DNA of 64,000 nucleotides from assembly GCA_965649765.1 (NCBI GenBank), contig OZ287755.1, positions 29,326,001 to 29,390,000 on the forward strand, read 5' to 3'. Of the stretch, positions 35,901-48,965 are shown piece by piece. Within the stretch, counting starts at the first letter, position 1; every line of letters begins with the position of its first letter. The notes below the pieces were generated by a model. It saw only the letters and a program-made list of their open reading frames with translations. It made no database searches and had not been told where the DNA came from. Made by a program: the position numbers and the translations under genes. The stretch comes from Bispira polyomma. Taxonomy: Eukaryota.

Positions 35901-37490
35901 TCAGGGGAGTTTGGAACCAGGAGGTGTATGTGACTCCCTTTCATGACCTATTCAACTGAAATCTAACAATAGTCTCGAAATGCTCAACATAATCATAGCA
36001 TTACGCGTATGGGCTGAGAAGTGGAGACTTAGTAGTTTAATGTTCAACTGTGATAACATGGCGGTGGTACTGGTTGTCAAGTTACAGAAATAGAGATAAT
36101 TTCCTGGTGTTATGTTTAAGGAACATCTGGCTGTTGACAGCTAATTATGACATTACTTTGAAAATTGGACATATACCTGGTAAGAAAAATGCCATTGGGA
36201 ATGCTCTGTCTAGACTGTATTCAGATAAAGCCTCAGACCAAGATCTTATAAACAAGATAGTATTTTCAAATGTACCAATGAAATACTTCAATTTGGATTT
36301 GTCTATATAATTTCAGGTCCCACCAACATTAGCCAAACACTGATATCATCTGCTTGAACTAGAATTGACTTATCACTGACACCAAAGACAACTACAGCTT
36401 ACAACTCACATTTCAAAACTTTTCTAGCTTTCCTTAAGTTTACAGGTATTGCCACTGTCAATGTACATGCAGTTGTAGCTTTCTTGGAATACCTGGATCA
36501 GAACCAGCTATCCCCATGGGGCTGTCAGCAATTACTTAGCAGCATTAAGATTCGTAGCTTCAAAATTAAGCTGGGATTTGTCCCATTTTACACATAATGC
36601 CGTGTCATTATTAAGAGGTCTTACACACAATTCTACATTTAGACCAAAACCAAAAGGTACCTTTGCAATTGAACAACTAATATTTATATCTAAAGGCATG
36701 TGATATCCTTGATACCCCTGTAGTTTTCAGGGCAGGTTTTCTACTTGCCTTCTTTTGTTTCTTAAGGTTATCTAACATAGCACCGCATTTTAGATCAGCA
36801 TTTGATTCTACCAGGCACTTTCTTAGGCAAGATGTTATTTTTGGCCACCCTGGAGCTCACATCATTTTAAAATGGGCCACAAATCTGAAAAATAGAACTG
36901 ACACCCAAAAATCCCAATGCTAGAAAATCCAGATATATGTCCTGTATTAGCCCTCAAGACACTTTTACTATTTAAACAACTCTCTGATACTGCAGCACTG
37001 TTTGCAGCTAAAAACCCAGCATATCATACAATCATTGACTCACACGTAAGGACAGCTTTACAAACAATTCTGCAGCACATTGGCATCCAATATAGTTTAC
37101 ATAGGTTTCATGCCTTCAAAAGATCAGAGACCTGCGTCATCTGTATTCAATATAAATGTCTTCCTTTAAAATATCATGGCTCATACATTATGGAAATCAT
37201 CTGCAGTCTGGACATATTTACAAAATATTTCCCAGGCTGCTTCAGCGGTACCTCTAGCCTTTGCCTCTGCTATCTTACATTCCTCTTAGGTTTGGCTTGG
37301 GGATTTAAAAATTGCGATGTTTAAACAATTTTTAAACATTTTACTTTATTACCTGTATTATAATGCCTCAAGGTGAAATCTTTTATTACCTCCCTTTTTC
37401 CATCAAATCATACTTTATTCAACATACACAATTTAACCTTGCTTATACACCTTTGACCTTTACTTCACTCATCTTAAACGGGGACTGAAC
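32940..37490 (+). mobile_element. Decayed tyrosine-recombinase retrotransposon 1 (DIRS order, Ngaro-like)
   Basis: gag remnants (VKSGR...WPNE; Cys/His-rich 33721-33969); RT (CSPLLTRPK, RHVILNLSHP, YIDD near 35780); RNase H (CDNMAVV, HIPGKKNAIGNALSR); YR (FFCFLRLSN, FHAFKRS). Many stops and frameshifts. Boundaries taken from the empty site in the duplicate at about 40460. Confidence 0.88.
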
Positions 37491-38527
37491 CGTCACACTG
37501 CTAATTTCCAGAATGATAATTTTAAAACGTTGAGTTCTTATAACGTTTAGATTTTGGCTTTTACTAATAGGACCCTACTATATTACTACTAGTTTTACAC
37601 ACGTAACTCTTTTATAATTTGCAGTGAATTTTCGACATTTTGGAAATGTTTCGGTTTTGTGTTCTATTTTCACCTGTGTCAGCATACATAATAATACCAT
37701 TTTACAAGCGTACTTGAACAAAATTTCTTTTCTCTGGCTATACATTTTTTTATGTACGCCACTTGAGTAGAATTACATTTTAGTTTTACTTTTGTATCTC
37801 AGAAACAATGCCTTATAGAGAAATTGCAATGCCTGTGTAGCACGTATACGATTCCGGTGTAACGTCAAAAATTACATCTCCATAAATAGTGTAGCTCCCT
37901 TCATACTTGTCAATGTAATACATATGTAATGTGGTAGTAGCCACGGGATACCTAATTATTTTTCTAGGGTATAGATTATTTTAAAAAGCGAAACAATATT
38001 TAGCAACCGATACAAAGTTAGGCAAACCCCTTCCTTGCCACATTTTGTATGCTACACACTTTTGGGGGAATACATTTTCGTGCACTACACTATTTTATGA
38101 AAATTTGAACAATGCTTCATTTTTAAAATTAATAAAGTGACATTTTTTAAGGATATATATTTATGTCTGTGTTTTATAAAACCTACTGAACCTACTGAGT
38201 GTAAGTTTGAAGATTATAGAAGACAGAAGATTATAGCCGACAATGTCAACAATTTACAGTTCTTTTTTTGCAGGTTTTTTCTTTGTATGTGTACGATGAA
38301 GCTCAAGTGGCAGACACATTGGCTGCAAACATGTAGTAACAAGCGTTGAGGTTGTTATGCAGAAAATATAGGTCAATTTCCCCACATTCATATATCTAAC
38401 GACAGTGAAGGCTCATAAAATACACACACATTGCACTTCTTGGCGGTGACAAGCTTGGCAGACGTTTTGAATAAATATTGTGTTCAGAGCTAAATTTTTG
38501 TTAAAGAAAGAAAAGAAAAATCAAATA

Positions 38528-38579
38528 ATGGAAACATTGTATTGTCTTGTAATAGTATTAGCTGTTTTTGCTGGAAAAG
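38528..38579 (+). CDS. Ly6/uPAR (three-finger) protein exon 1, signal peptide
   Basis: METLYCLVIVLAVFAGK-G with a hydrophobic core. Donor AAG|GTTAGT, phase 1, matches exon 2 and gives ...AGKGEA-IACYEC, a plausible cleavage site. Confidence 0.75.
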
Positions 38580-40078
38580 GTTAGTATAAAAAAACCAAAC
38601 AAAAAAAAAAACCATGTTAAAATCTGACTTTCTCAAAATGGAAAAAAAAGTTGTTGTCGTAACCAATTTTTGTTTTGAATTTTATTAATATTTTTAATTA
38701 AAATAGGCTATATCTGGTTATAATATAACTAGATGTATACAAACTAAATCAGCTTCTCTGAGACATGAATATGGAATATAATATGTAATATAATATTCAA
38801 TGTTTTTAGTGTCACTTTTACGTAAGTTGTTAAAAGTGTGATTACCATAAAAACGGAACATAAACAATGGAATGATATATTACACTCGATTTTTAGCTTT
38901 TTATAAATACTAGTTGGGAGTTAATTTGTCTTTTTTAATATTTTAGTTTTTTTCTCACTGTTTTGTGTTACATTTTGATCTATATAAACATAATAATTAC
39001 ATTTTATAAGTGAATAATAAAAGCAAAACAACCCTTGTGGTGTGTTTATAAAAAATTATGACTGAAGAAGATAAAATACACAACACTGCCCCTACCAGGC
39101 TTGTATTATATTGGTTATCTTCTTTCGTCATATGTATTTTTTAATAGACGCCACACAGGTAGTTTTGATTTTATATATATTTTTTGAATTTGAAGGAGTT
39201 TCTCAAAGTTTATGTATAGTTTTGATAAAACGCTTATTAAAGAGAGTGAATTCTGAGATTGATTTACTTTGTCTCTCTCAAAATCGTTTTCTGACAGTGA
39301 TGTCACAGACACCACTCGTTGGTGTATTAAGATGTCATATAATAAGATGTAAATGACATGATCAGTGACTTACACTTCTAAATAACGCAAAGCATCACCT
39401 TAATAAGTCAGATACCGAAGTCAGAAACGGACGATTGGGGTGCAATTGGATAGGAAGTATTCACCCTGCCAGGCCAGCACAGTTGGAATTGTTTACTCTT
39501 TTCTCTGTGTATGTTTAATAAACTGAAAAAATATACCAATGATCATCGAAATGAGTAAATTTGAGTGTTATAACTGTTTTCTTTTACGAATATGAGAATT
39601 ACAAAATATTTACTAAAATTAAATGGAACATTTACTGTAATATAATATTGAAAATAGAACTGTAACCAAAGTTAGCAAGCTTTATAAAGTATGTGATAAT
39701 ACTCATAATAACATGATTTTGTCAGCCCTGTAAAACAACTTCGTTGGTAATGATTAATGTTTGGTTGCTGAAAACATATATTGCCATAATACACACACCT
39801 CACGTTGTTGTACCAGTGAATTATTGCGAAGGCAAGGAAATGTGTATGTTCAAAAACTTTGCCAGAAAATTATTATTTTGTACTTCCCTGTTCCTAAAAT
39901 ACACATTTACATTTTACAGACATAAGGATAATTGTTTCCCAGTCTTACGAGTTTAAATACTTGTAAGTTCCTCAAAAATGCTTTTTCTTGAATAAAATGT
40001 AATATCTTGAAGGTACCCGTATCTGGGGTTACGTTATGTAATCATTCAAAAGTACCCTTTTAGAATTCCTATTAAAAC

Positions 40079-40322
40079 CAGGGGCGTAGCTACCATTAAC
40101 GCCAGTACGCCCAGGCGTACCAATTTAATGACAAGAAAGAGAAAAAAGAATGAAAAAAAAAAAAAAAAAAATTTGAAAAATAAAAATAATTATAAATTAA
40201 TTTAAATTTCTTTTTATTCTGTTTGTTTTATTAGTAACATAGATTCTTGTTGTAAAATAAAATTTTATTTGGTACTCCCCAATTAAACCACAACATTATA
40301 TTAATGACTGGCTACTCCCCTG
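40079..40322. mobile_element. MITE with CAGGGG termini (hAT-like)
   Basis: Inverted termini caggggcgtagc / gctactcccctg (11 of 12 match); A-rich interior; no clean 8 bp TSD. Confidence 0.65.
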
Positions 40323-40339
40323 AAAACCAACCACAAAAC

Positions 40340-43300
40340 ATATTAGTTGTACTAAAACTATGGTATCAAATATGACCACTATAATAGAAACTGTTCCTCT
40401 TGTCACTATTCATTGCTAAATTACATTCCCGAATAAAACAGTTTTTAAAACTTACCTTCCCACGTAAAAACGTCACACTGCTAATTTCCAGAATGATAAT
40501 TTTAAAACTTTGAGTTTTTATAACGTTTAGATTTTGACTTTCACTAATAGGACCCTACTATATTACTACTAGTTTTACACATGAACTCTTTTATAATTTG
40601 CTATGAATTTTCGATACTTTGAAAATGTTTCTGTTTGGTGTTATTTTTTCCACCTTTATTATCCACTGTGACGTCAGTATGACGTTTTCGTGGCTGGTAC
40701 GGGACGGGTGATACAATGAGCTGTATCACCCGGCATACGTGAAAAAGGATATAAAATTTGTAGTATTTACTAGATTTCCCAGGGTTTTAGTCTCAAGTTG
40801 AAGCAATATTTAAAATAGAAGGTGTGACTGACATGAAATATAGGCCTTAAACAACATACTGGTATATTTAACTCGATTTTTATTACCTTATAAATACATG
40901 TTTGAAATTAAATCTTTATGGTAACAACTCCACTTCTTGGCTTTTACGATTTCGATATATATAACATATAGGTATTATGTAAATGCCATTCTGTACAAAA
41001 TCGAATTTTTAGAGTGGTAGAAGTTTGAATTTGAAGTGAATTTTTTAAGGTAACAAATCAGTACTTTTTGTTTATTTTGCCGTGAATATTTCAATATTTT
41101 AGACCCTTTTTGGACTGTTTTGAGCTATATAAATTAATATAATTATATTTTATGAGTGAATAATAAATGTAAAAGCTATATAAATTAATATAATTATATT
41201 TTATGAGTGAGTGAATAATAAATGTAAAACAACCCTTGCGGTGTATATTAAACAAACATATGACTCAAGAAGATAAAACACACACAACTCGTCCAACCGG
41301 GGTTTGATCTGCTCTTGTTACACACTTTTTTAATGTACGCCACTCGAGTAGTTTTTCTAGAACTTCTTAAATGACAGCGAAAATGTAAAACCCTTGGTCT
41401 ATAAAAAGGTGGACAAGTTTATGACAAAAAGTAGCTAAAAAAGAATGCCTTATAGAGAAATTGGAATGCCGGGCACATATACTATTCCGGTGTAACGCAA
41501 TAAATGTATCCCAATAAATAGTGTAACCCACTCCATATCTATCAATGTAATGCATTTGTAATGTAGAAATAGTCAAGGGATACTTGATTGTTTTTCCAGG
41601 GGATAGATTATTTTGAAAGGGGACACATTAAGCAAGAGGGCGATATTTGGCAAGTCCCTCTCTTGCCATAGTTTGTATACCACACACCTTTTTGGGGGAT
41701 GCATTATCTTGCACAACACCTGGTTTCGATATCCTTTTTATCTTGGCGTGTATGGCTGGAACACTGAAACTATATTTATCATTTGTTAAATCAATAGTAT
41801 TTTTTTCTGGTATTACCAATCAGAGTCAATATGGAAATATCACGAACTACTCTGTGCTGATTTTCTCTGCTAATAAACCGTCAAAGCTCCAAGTGAAGTT
41901 TGTAATCTAATCTAACTTGTACAGTGCTTAATCTTCATACTAGTTGATTCAAATGAGCATAAGACAGGAAAATCATTTTCATAATTTTATATAGCCAGTG
42001 CATGTACAGGGGTCGTGACCATAGAGACATAGGACTATCCATACCTTAAAAACAAGTGTACTAGATGAGGCCTTGTTACCAATGTGTCAATATAGAAGTA
42101 CTAGTTGATATGGTCAAATTGAATGATATATTTACGGCCACTACTGGAAATAGTTAATTTTCGTTTATCAATCAGAATCATTAATATTTCATGAAATATT
42201 GAACAATGCAAATGCAATGCAAAGAACTGCAAATTGTTTACATTGTCGGCTATAATCTTCAACAAGTTTTGGGGTTTTTTGTATGTGTGCAATGAAGCTA
42301 AAATGGTGGTTACATTGATTGCAAACATGTAGTAGTAACAAGCGTTGAGGTTGTTATGCAGAAAATATAGGTCAATTTCCCCACATTCATATATTTAACA
42401 TCAGCGAAAGCTCTAATATATACACACATTGCACTCTTCGGCGTTGTCAAGTTTGGCAGACATTTATATTAAATACATTAGAACCTCTATTATCCAACCC
42501 TGTATTGTGTTCAGAGCTAAATTTATGGTTAACAGAGAAAAGAAAAAAGAAAATCATGGAAACATTGTAATGTCTTTTAATAGTATTGACAGCTTTTGCT
42601 GAGAAAGTAAGTATTAAACAAACAAAAAAAAAAACATGTTACAATCTGACTTTAACAAAATAGAAATACAATATTTTTTTTTAAATTTATAACTTTTAAG
42701 GATTGTCTTGTGTTGCAGACTATCATCTGCAATTCCATTTTTTTTTTTTTTTAATTTTTGAAATATAATTGACATTACATAAGTAATTAAAATTGTCTCT
42801 ACTTCATGTTGTTGTATACTAGTAAAGCATTTGATAAGATGCAGTGTTGTCGTAAACAGTTTTTGTTTTGAATTTTATTAATATTTGTAATTAAAATAGG
42901 CTATATCCTATTATGACTAGATGTCTACAAACTTCTTTGTTTGTAATTTGCCATTTTTAATATTTTGGTGTTTTTTTCACTGTTTTGTGTTACATTGTTA
43001 TCTATATAAACATAATAATTACATTTTATAAGTGGATAATAAATGTAAACCAACCCTTGTGCTGTGTTTATGAAAAATATTATGACTGAACAAGATAAAA
43101 CACACAACACTCGCCCTTCCGGGCTCGTATTGTATTGATTATCTTCTTTCGTCGTATATTTTTTTTAATATGCACCACACATGTAGTTTCAATTTTATAT
43201 CTAGTTTTTTTTTAATTTAAAGGAGTTTTTCAAAATTAAAGTATAGTTTTGATAAAACGCTAATTAAAGAGAGTACATTTGCTTTGTCTCTGCCCATACA

Positions 43301-43741
43301 TCTTGTTTTCTGACAGTGATATCATAAACATCACTCATCGGTTGATTAAGATGACATATAATAAGATGTAAATTACAGTTGGAATTGTTTAATCTTTTCT
43401 CCATGTATTTTTAATAAGCTAAAAATAATGTAGCAATGATCATCGAAATGAGTAAATTTGAGTGTTATAACTGTCTCCTTTAAGAATTTGAGAATTACTA
43501 AATATTTACTAAAATAAATGCAACGTTTACTGTAATATGATAAATATGATATTGGAATCTGCTGACCCTGTTGCTAAAAAAGGAAAATGTGTATGCTTAA
43601 AAACTTGAAATGTGTGCTTAAAAACTTAAAATTATTATTTTTGTACTTCCCTGTTACTAAAAATTATTTTTCTTGAATAAAATATAATATTTTGAAGGTA
43701 CCTATATCTGTGGTTACATTATATAATCATTTGAAAGTACC
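40340..43741 (+). repeat. Local tandem duplication, copy B (copy A = 32805-32935 plus 37491-40056)
   Basis: Collinear diverged matches: 32805/40340 (catattagttgtac), 37491/40471 (cgtcacactgctaatttccagaatg), 38340/42338 (caagcgttgaggttgttatgcag), ends 40056/43741 (aaagtacc). Confidence 0.9.
42556..42606 (+). pseudogene. Inactivated duplicate of Ly6/uPAR exon 1
   Basis: ATG GAA ACA TTG TAA TGT CTT TTA ATA GTA TTG ACA GCT TTT GCT GAG AAA then gtaagt. Homologous to 38528-38579 but TAT>TAA at codon 5 and the donor has moved to phase 0. Confidence 0.8.
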
Positions 43742-43769
43742 TAATACTATTGCAGAAGTAATTTTTTTT

Positions 43770-44420
43770 ACTGAAAGAAATAGATCATGACAACTACAAC
43801 AAAATATTAATAACGTTATTCCTAAAATTAATTTTTGAAAATGTATTAACAACAGAAAAATTGGAAAAAGACACTCGTCACCACTTGGTAAGGTAACAAT
43901 AAAAGCAACATTACCACTGTCTAAATTGAATTCCCTTTTTATTTCACTTCTGTTTAATTTGTGTGGAATGGGACGCCAGATACAATTAAAAGATCTATTA
44001 TTTCTCAGGATTTTCTTTGGAAAATGCCTCAAAATGATTAATGCATAAAATTTTATAAATGCATGGATCCGAACACAGAATGGGCAATTCTATTTGAAAT
44101 TTCGATCTCTCCAGTCGGTAAAATTCTCGATTTTGGTCCAGGTTGGTGTTATTTATTATATAACCAAACCAATCAATTCAGGAAAGAAATCTAATGAGAA
44201 ACAATGCAAAGATTTTTATACTTCACTAAATAAGAGTTTGGCAGATAGTAATTTTAAAACTAAATGGGGTCAAGACCTGAATATAATTATTGATTATACT
44301 TAGTGGAGACATATATTTAAAGCATGTAATCAATTTAAAATAACTGCTTAATAGGGCGTCAGTACTATGTTTTGCATCAAATATTAGGCACAAATAAATT
44401 GTTATATGATAGTAAAAGAC
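43770..44420 (+). mobile_element. L1/Tx1-type LINE ORF2 fragment
   Basis: Frameshifted SPLGKVTI...LSKL..LF, VWNGTPDTIKR, KWGQDL...WRHIF and LHQILGTN motifs of the post-RT region. Confidence 0.65.
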
Positions 44421-45370
44421 ACTACAAACTTTGATGTGGCAATTCAGTTTATTGTTCCCTTAAATGGTAGAGATAAACTGTCATGATTAGTGTTGTAGGT
44501 GGCACAGACAGTTAGTTTGCTGTTACGTGCATTTACTCAGCCATGTCAATCAACCAGAGAGCTTCATAGGGACAATTACACACGAAATCTATCATCTGTG
44601 AAGTTTTACAGTCTACCTACAAAATTAATCATAAACTATTATTTTCTACCAATTGTATATGTAAGATTGACCTCAGTTTGTCTGAACAGTATGACTTATG
44701 ATATGACTTATTATTATCATAACAAATTACACTTACACTGATAAAAGATGTGATGCAGACTACTTACCTCTACCTACATGCCACATGGCTAACAATGAAA
44801 AATTCATCATTCATCTGATCTCTTTCAAAATTTTATTGATCCTTTCTTGGCCAATGCCACAATCTATCCAAATTTCAAATGTAAATCGGTTCAGCCGTTT
44901 TGTGTAATCCTGGTAACAATCAACCACAGCACATGAACACAGCCAAAAACATAAGATCATTACAGGCAAAAATAAAAAGTACACATTTGACAAATAAAAT
45001 ATAACAAAAAATACACTCAAAAGCCCTAAAACATTGCTTACGTTTGAAAATCTTCTGTCTTTGTGACGTCAAAATGCAAGTTGGAAACGAAAGAACTAAA
45101 CAGTTGTTACCATAATAAATTCGCTTCAAAATCTAATTAAGAAAGGTGTAAAAAAAGGAGTTTTGTGTACCACAATATTGTTAGAGGTTGATATGTTATA
45201 TTAGACACTCTTTTTATGAACACATCAGAAATTCCTGTAACTACTGTTGTTTTGTAATACTTTTTCATGGGTGCCGTGTCATTTAAAACATGTATATAGA
45301 CAGTCCATATACCAGTGTAGTAGAGTGGGATAAGCAGTGTAGTGTGTAATAAAAACTTTATTTGACTCAG

Positions 45371-45501
45371 GTGAAGCCATCGCCTGCTACGAGTGCTTAC
45401 ACATAGACTACAGTTCTTCAAGCAGCCTTTTGCAGGAATTTCTCGAACAAATTGGTACCGTGGATCCCAACTGTCGAAGGCATGGAGATGAGTATATCAG
45501 G
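45371..45501 (+). CDS. Ly6/uPAR protein exon 2
   Basis: Acceptor tttattttgactcag. Reads (G)EAIACYECLHIDYSSSSSLLQEFLEQIGTVDPNCRRHGDEYIR with the LU-domain CYxC start. Donor AGG|GTAAGT, phase 0. Confidence 0.9.
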
Positions 45502-46027
45502 GTAAGTGTTCTGACATGTAATAAAGCTGTTCAAAGCTAGTGGTCTTAGTTTACAAATACATCAGTTCAAGTACAACAAAAGAGTTCAGTCTTTATTTAT
45601 CTTCTGCTAGAACCAGACTAAGTAATTCCATGCACTACAAATTTGTACTTAAAAGCCCCTGTTCCACTGAGCCAATCGATCAGGGCTAGGCCCGACGATT
45701 TGATTGTGGTCATTCGTGGGCATTGTGCCCCCGACATTTTCGCAGGCGCTGCCCGTACGTATTGAAAAATTATCTTCCACTCTGTATTCTCCGCTGTATT
45801 CCTCAAATACATAATTAAGTGGATAATAAAAAGCATATATTGAAAAGATATACATTTGCAAATTCAAACAACTTTACCTTATCCATGTTACGTTATTTCA
45901 CCATGAGGCTGTGGAGTTTCAGTAACTCCTATGCTACTTTTTGGTGTACTTTAATCAGTGTAAATGATGCCAAATGGTGGTCCTTTATTCATTTGTTTCT
46001 TCGTCTTCTTGTTGTTTTTTTTCATAG

Positions 46028-46094
46028 GATTATACTGTGTCATGTGCAAATACCTGCTTCAAGGAATATGGGACCATAGACATAAGTTACCTAG
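46028..46094 (+). CDS. Ly6/uPAR protein exon 3
   Basis: Acceptor with long T tract ending catag. Reads DYTVSCANTCFKEYGTIDISYL-G (C..CxK). Donor TAG|GTAAGT, phase 1. Confidence 0.9.
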
Positions 46095-47399
46095 GTAAGT
46101 CAAGGTTTTATATTTATAGTTTAGTTTGGATTATAACAGTGATTTCACACGTCTGGTGCCATATCAGAATGGGCAGTTCATTGGTGGAAGAAATCACAGC
46201 TGGGAAGTCCATCAAAGTGTTCTGCTTTGCCAACCACTGGCCTTTAGCATATACCCACCAGGGCAGAGGTTTGAACATACAAATGCAGAGGTGGAGGCAA
46301 ATATCTGCTACAAGGAACTTATAACTAGACCACCGAGTCACCCTCTACATTGATTGTAAGTGTAGTAAGTAACCCACAATGCATTCTAATAAATATAATA
46401 TGGTCCCTTACATAGAGATTTATATATTCACCTATATTTGGACCACAGATATGCTGTATTTGTTTGTACTTAAATTTTGGGTCAATGGACTTCTCTGGGT
46501 AGACTAAATATACATTCCTCCATAATGATATTATCTCAGAAAAAGATGTTCAAAACATCTGATATTTCCCATGCTATTTTATTCCCTGTGTACCATCAAA
46601 ACAAAACCTTGCTGCCACATATTTTACAATAACATTACAGTCATTTTTAGCTTTTATTTTAACTTCGGAGGCAACTGAAAAATCAGCAGCAAAATTAAAA
46701 TGAACAAATATTACATTTCACTTGTGACTGGATGTTTACCACAAACAGTCAAATTTGAACTCCTACTCTTTACTGTTCTTAAAACATTGATTTTCAGACA
46801 CGTCAATGAAAAGGCTTACTGTGCGTTTTCTATGTGTGCGAATCGTGGCTCTGACTTGCAGCTATATTTCAGTGGGACGTATGATACACTAAATATGGAA
46901 TTTTATTCCATCAAACTAGGCATTCTTATTTCTTCTCCAAATTATATATATATATATATAAAGGGTAAGGGGGCACTAGGGTAAGGGTGCCAGGTAAGAG
47001 GGCCTCATCACCCAAATTTATTAATCCCAGTGGGGGTAAGGGTTGGTAAAGCCCAAATGTAGTACAGTTCCTGACACCTGCATCGCACTGTATTATTTGC
47101 CTTATTATCCAAACCTAACCAATGGACAATACTGAACTCCATATTTTTAGCAGAGTGTTGTTTCTGACTAAAATGCCTTGATACTGGGGTATTCTCTTTA
47201 TAGGATTGGGTGAGGCTCCAGATTTATTGGATGCTCCCTCTAGTAGGCTAAGAGTCTCATTACTCAATCTGTTGCCAGGTATAAGTGTACCTGTCTATGG
47301 AGTATTGAAAGCTGAACTTCCTCCCACTTCTTAAGTGGTTAAGTGCTGGGATGAGAGCTGTGTCACTTACACTCATGGTTATATACCCAAGTGAATAAT

Positions 47400-47478
47400 A
47401 TAAGAGTTTATTTGAACCTGGTGTAGGTGACAGTCAGTTAACTCCTGTCACCTACACCAGGTTCAAATAAACTCTTAT
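47400..47478. repeat. Perfect 34 bp inverted repeat with 11 nt spacer
   Basis: ataagagtttatttgaacctggtgtaggtgacag / ctgtcacctacaccaggttcaaataaactcttat. Confidence 0.95.
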
Positions 47479-47646
47479 CAAATATATTCATGCGAGCCGT
47501 TACCCCATATCACATTCACAGAAACATCATCTATTTCTTACACATGATCAATTATATTGTTCCAAAACCCATATGCAAGCTGTGTACATGGAAACATACA
47601 CTTAAACGTAGAGAAGAGATTCTTACTGTGCGTCAATCTATTTCAG

Positions 47647-47729
47647 GTTCCTCTGTTACTGTGGATTTTGCTGGCCGGGGTTGCGCTCCTTTCTTTTTAT
47701 CGGACCAATGTCAAAGGGTGACAACTGAG
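47647..47729 (+). CDS. Ly6/uPAR protein exon 4
   Basis: Acceptor tctatttcag, phase 1. Reads SSVTVDFAGRGCAPFFLSDQCQRVTTE with the LU-typical RGC. Donor GAG|GTAAAT, phase 0. Confidence 0.9.
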
Positions 47730-48059
47730 GTAAATATGGGTTCTTGTTATTTGTTATATGGTGCTCATATATAGGATTATTAAAATAGTACGCTTCCTCA
47801 AGTAAAGTTGCTATTTATTTATTTTTTATTTATTGGAGATACGTACACAAAGTACAATTTAAAATGTTCAACAGCTACGCAAAATTCAAAACACGAATTA
47901 AATTAAGCAATATCAATGCAGAAAACAAGACTGTACCACTTCTTCTGTACACAAATATTCTAACATTGTCTCTATTTCTAAATCTATAAACTTAGTATTG
48001 GTTAATCTCTAATATTGATCAAATCCAGAATATTTTCTGCTATTCTAGTTTTATTCGTG

Positions 48060-48850
48060 GGAATGTCAATGCTAGATCATTTCACAATATGCTCTTTACA
48101 GGCTCTTAGAAGTGAGTATCTACTAGCATTATGCTTGTATGACATGTATTAGAACTGGACACTATATTGTCAATAAGTTTTATAAATTTGAAAAACCTAT
48201 TATCTAACTGTATCTCTACAGAGACATTATTAAATAGAAAGGGCAATAAATCACAATGAGTTGTGTATAATACTCGAAATATTCTACAAACACATTTTCT
48301 CAATTGATTGCAGAAGTATCTATTGCTGGTCAAATCTCATAGAACTGATCATATACAGTGGCATGAAATTGTTTTTAAACAGTTAGTACGTCAAATTACT
48401 TGTAAAGTGTAATACCCTATTAATTACAGCATCACAAGCGATACACAAATTAGAATCGATATGTTTCACATTGTGACAACGTAGATTAGTCCTATCATAT
48501 TTCAAAGATGATTGGTATAACACTTGGCCTCAATGAAGCTATTTTTGTACTTTGTCCCATCTAGCATATTGTTATCACCAGAAAAACATAACAATTGATA
48601 CTTGTTTGGATTACACGTTACATCAAACTCTTTTCCAAAGTTATCAGCTATTAAACCCAACAGCACCCCAAAATGCTTTACCAATATAACATCCTACATT
48701 TGAGTTATTTAATCTGAGAAATAATTCAACCATGTCAACTATAAACAAAAAAGAAGAGAGTATACCTCCGTGCTTCGCTCCATTGTTCACTTGAACTGGC
48801 TAAGAAAGAGAGAACTACCCCAGCTAACTCTAACATTTTGCATTATATAT
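48060..48850 (-). mobile_element. Non-LTR retrotransposon RT fragment
   Basis: Minus strand gives VKQGG-like (NGAKHGGILS), NVGCYIG, CNPNK and RKCV..I....YTTHCDLLP remnants. Confidence 0.6.
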
Positions 48851-48965
48851 AGATTTACAAGAAGTCAGGCAGTTACGGGGCACATTCGGTCCACTGTGAT
48901 TTAACAGTTTTTTACTTTGACAACTTGTTATCTATATGTGGATTTGACATACTGCTACTAATGTT

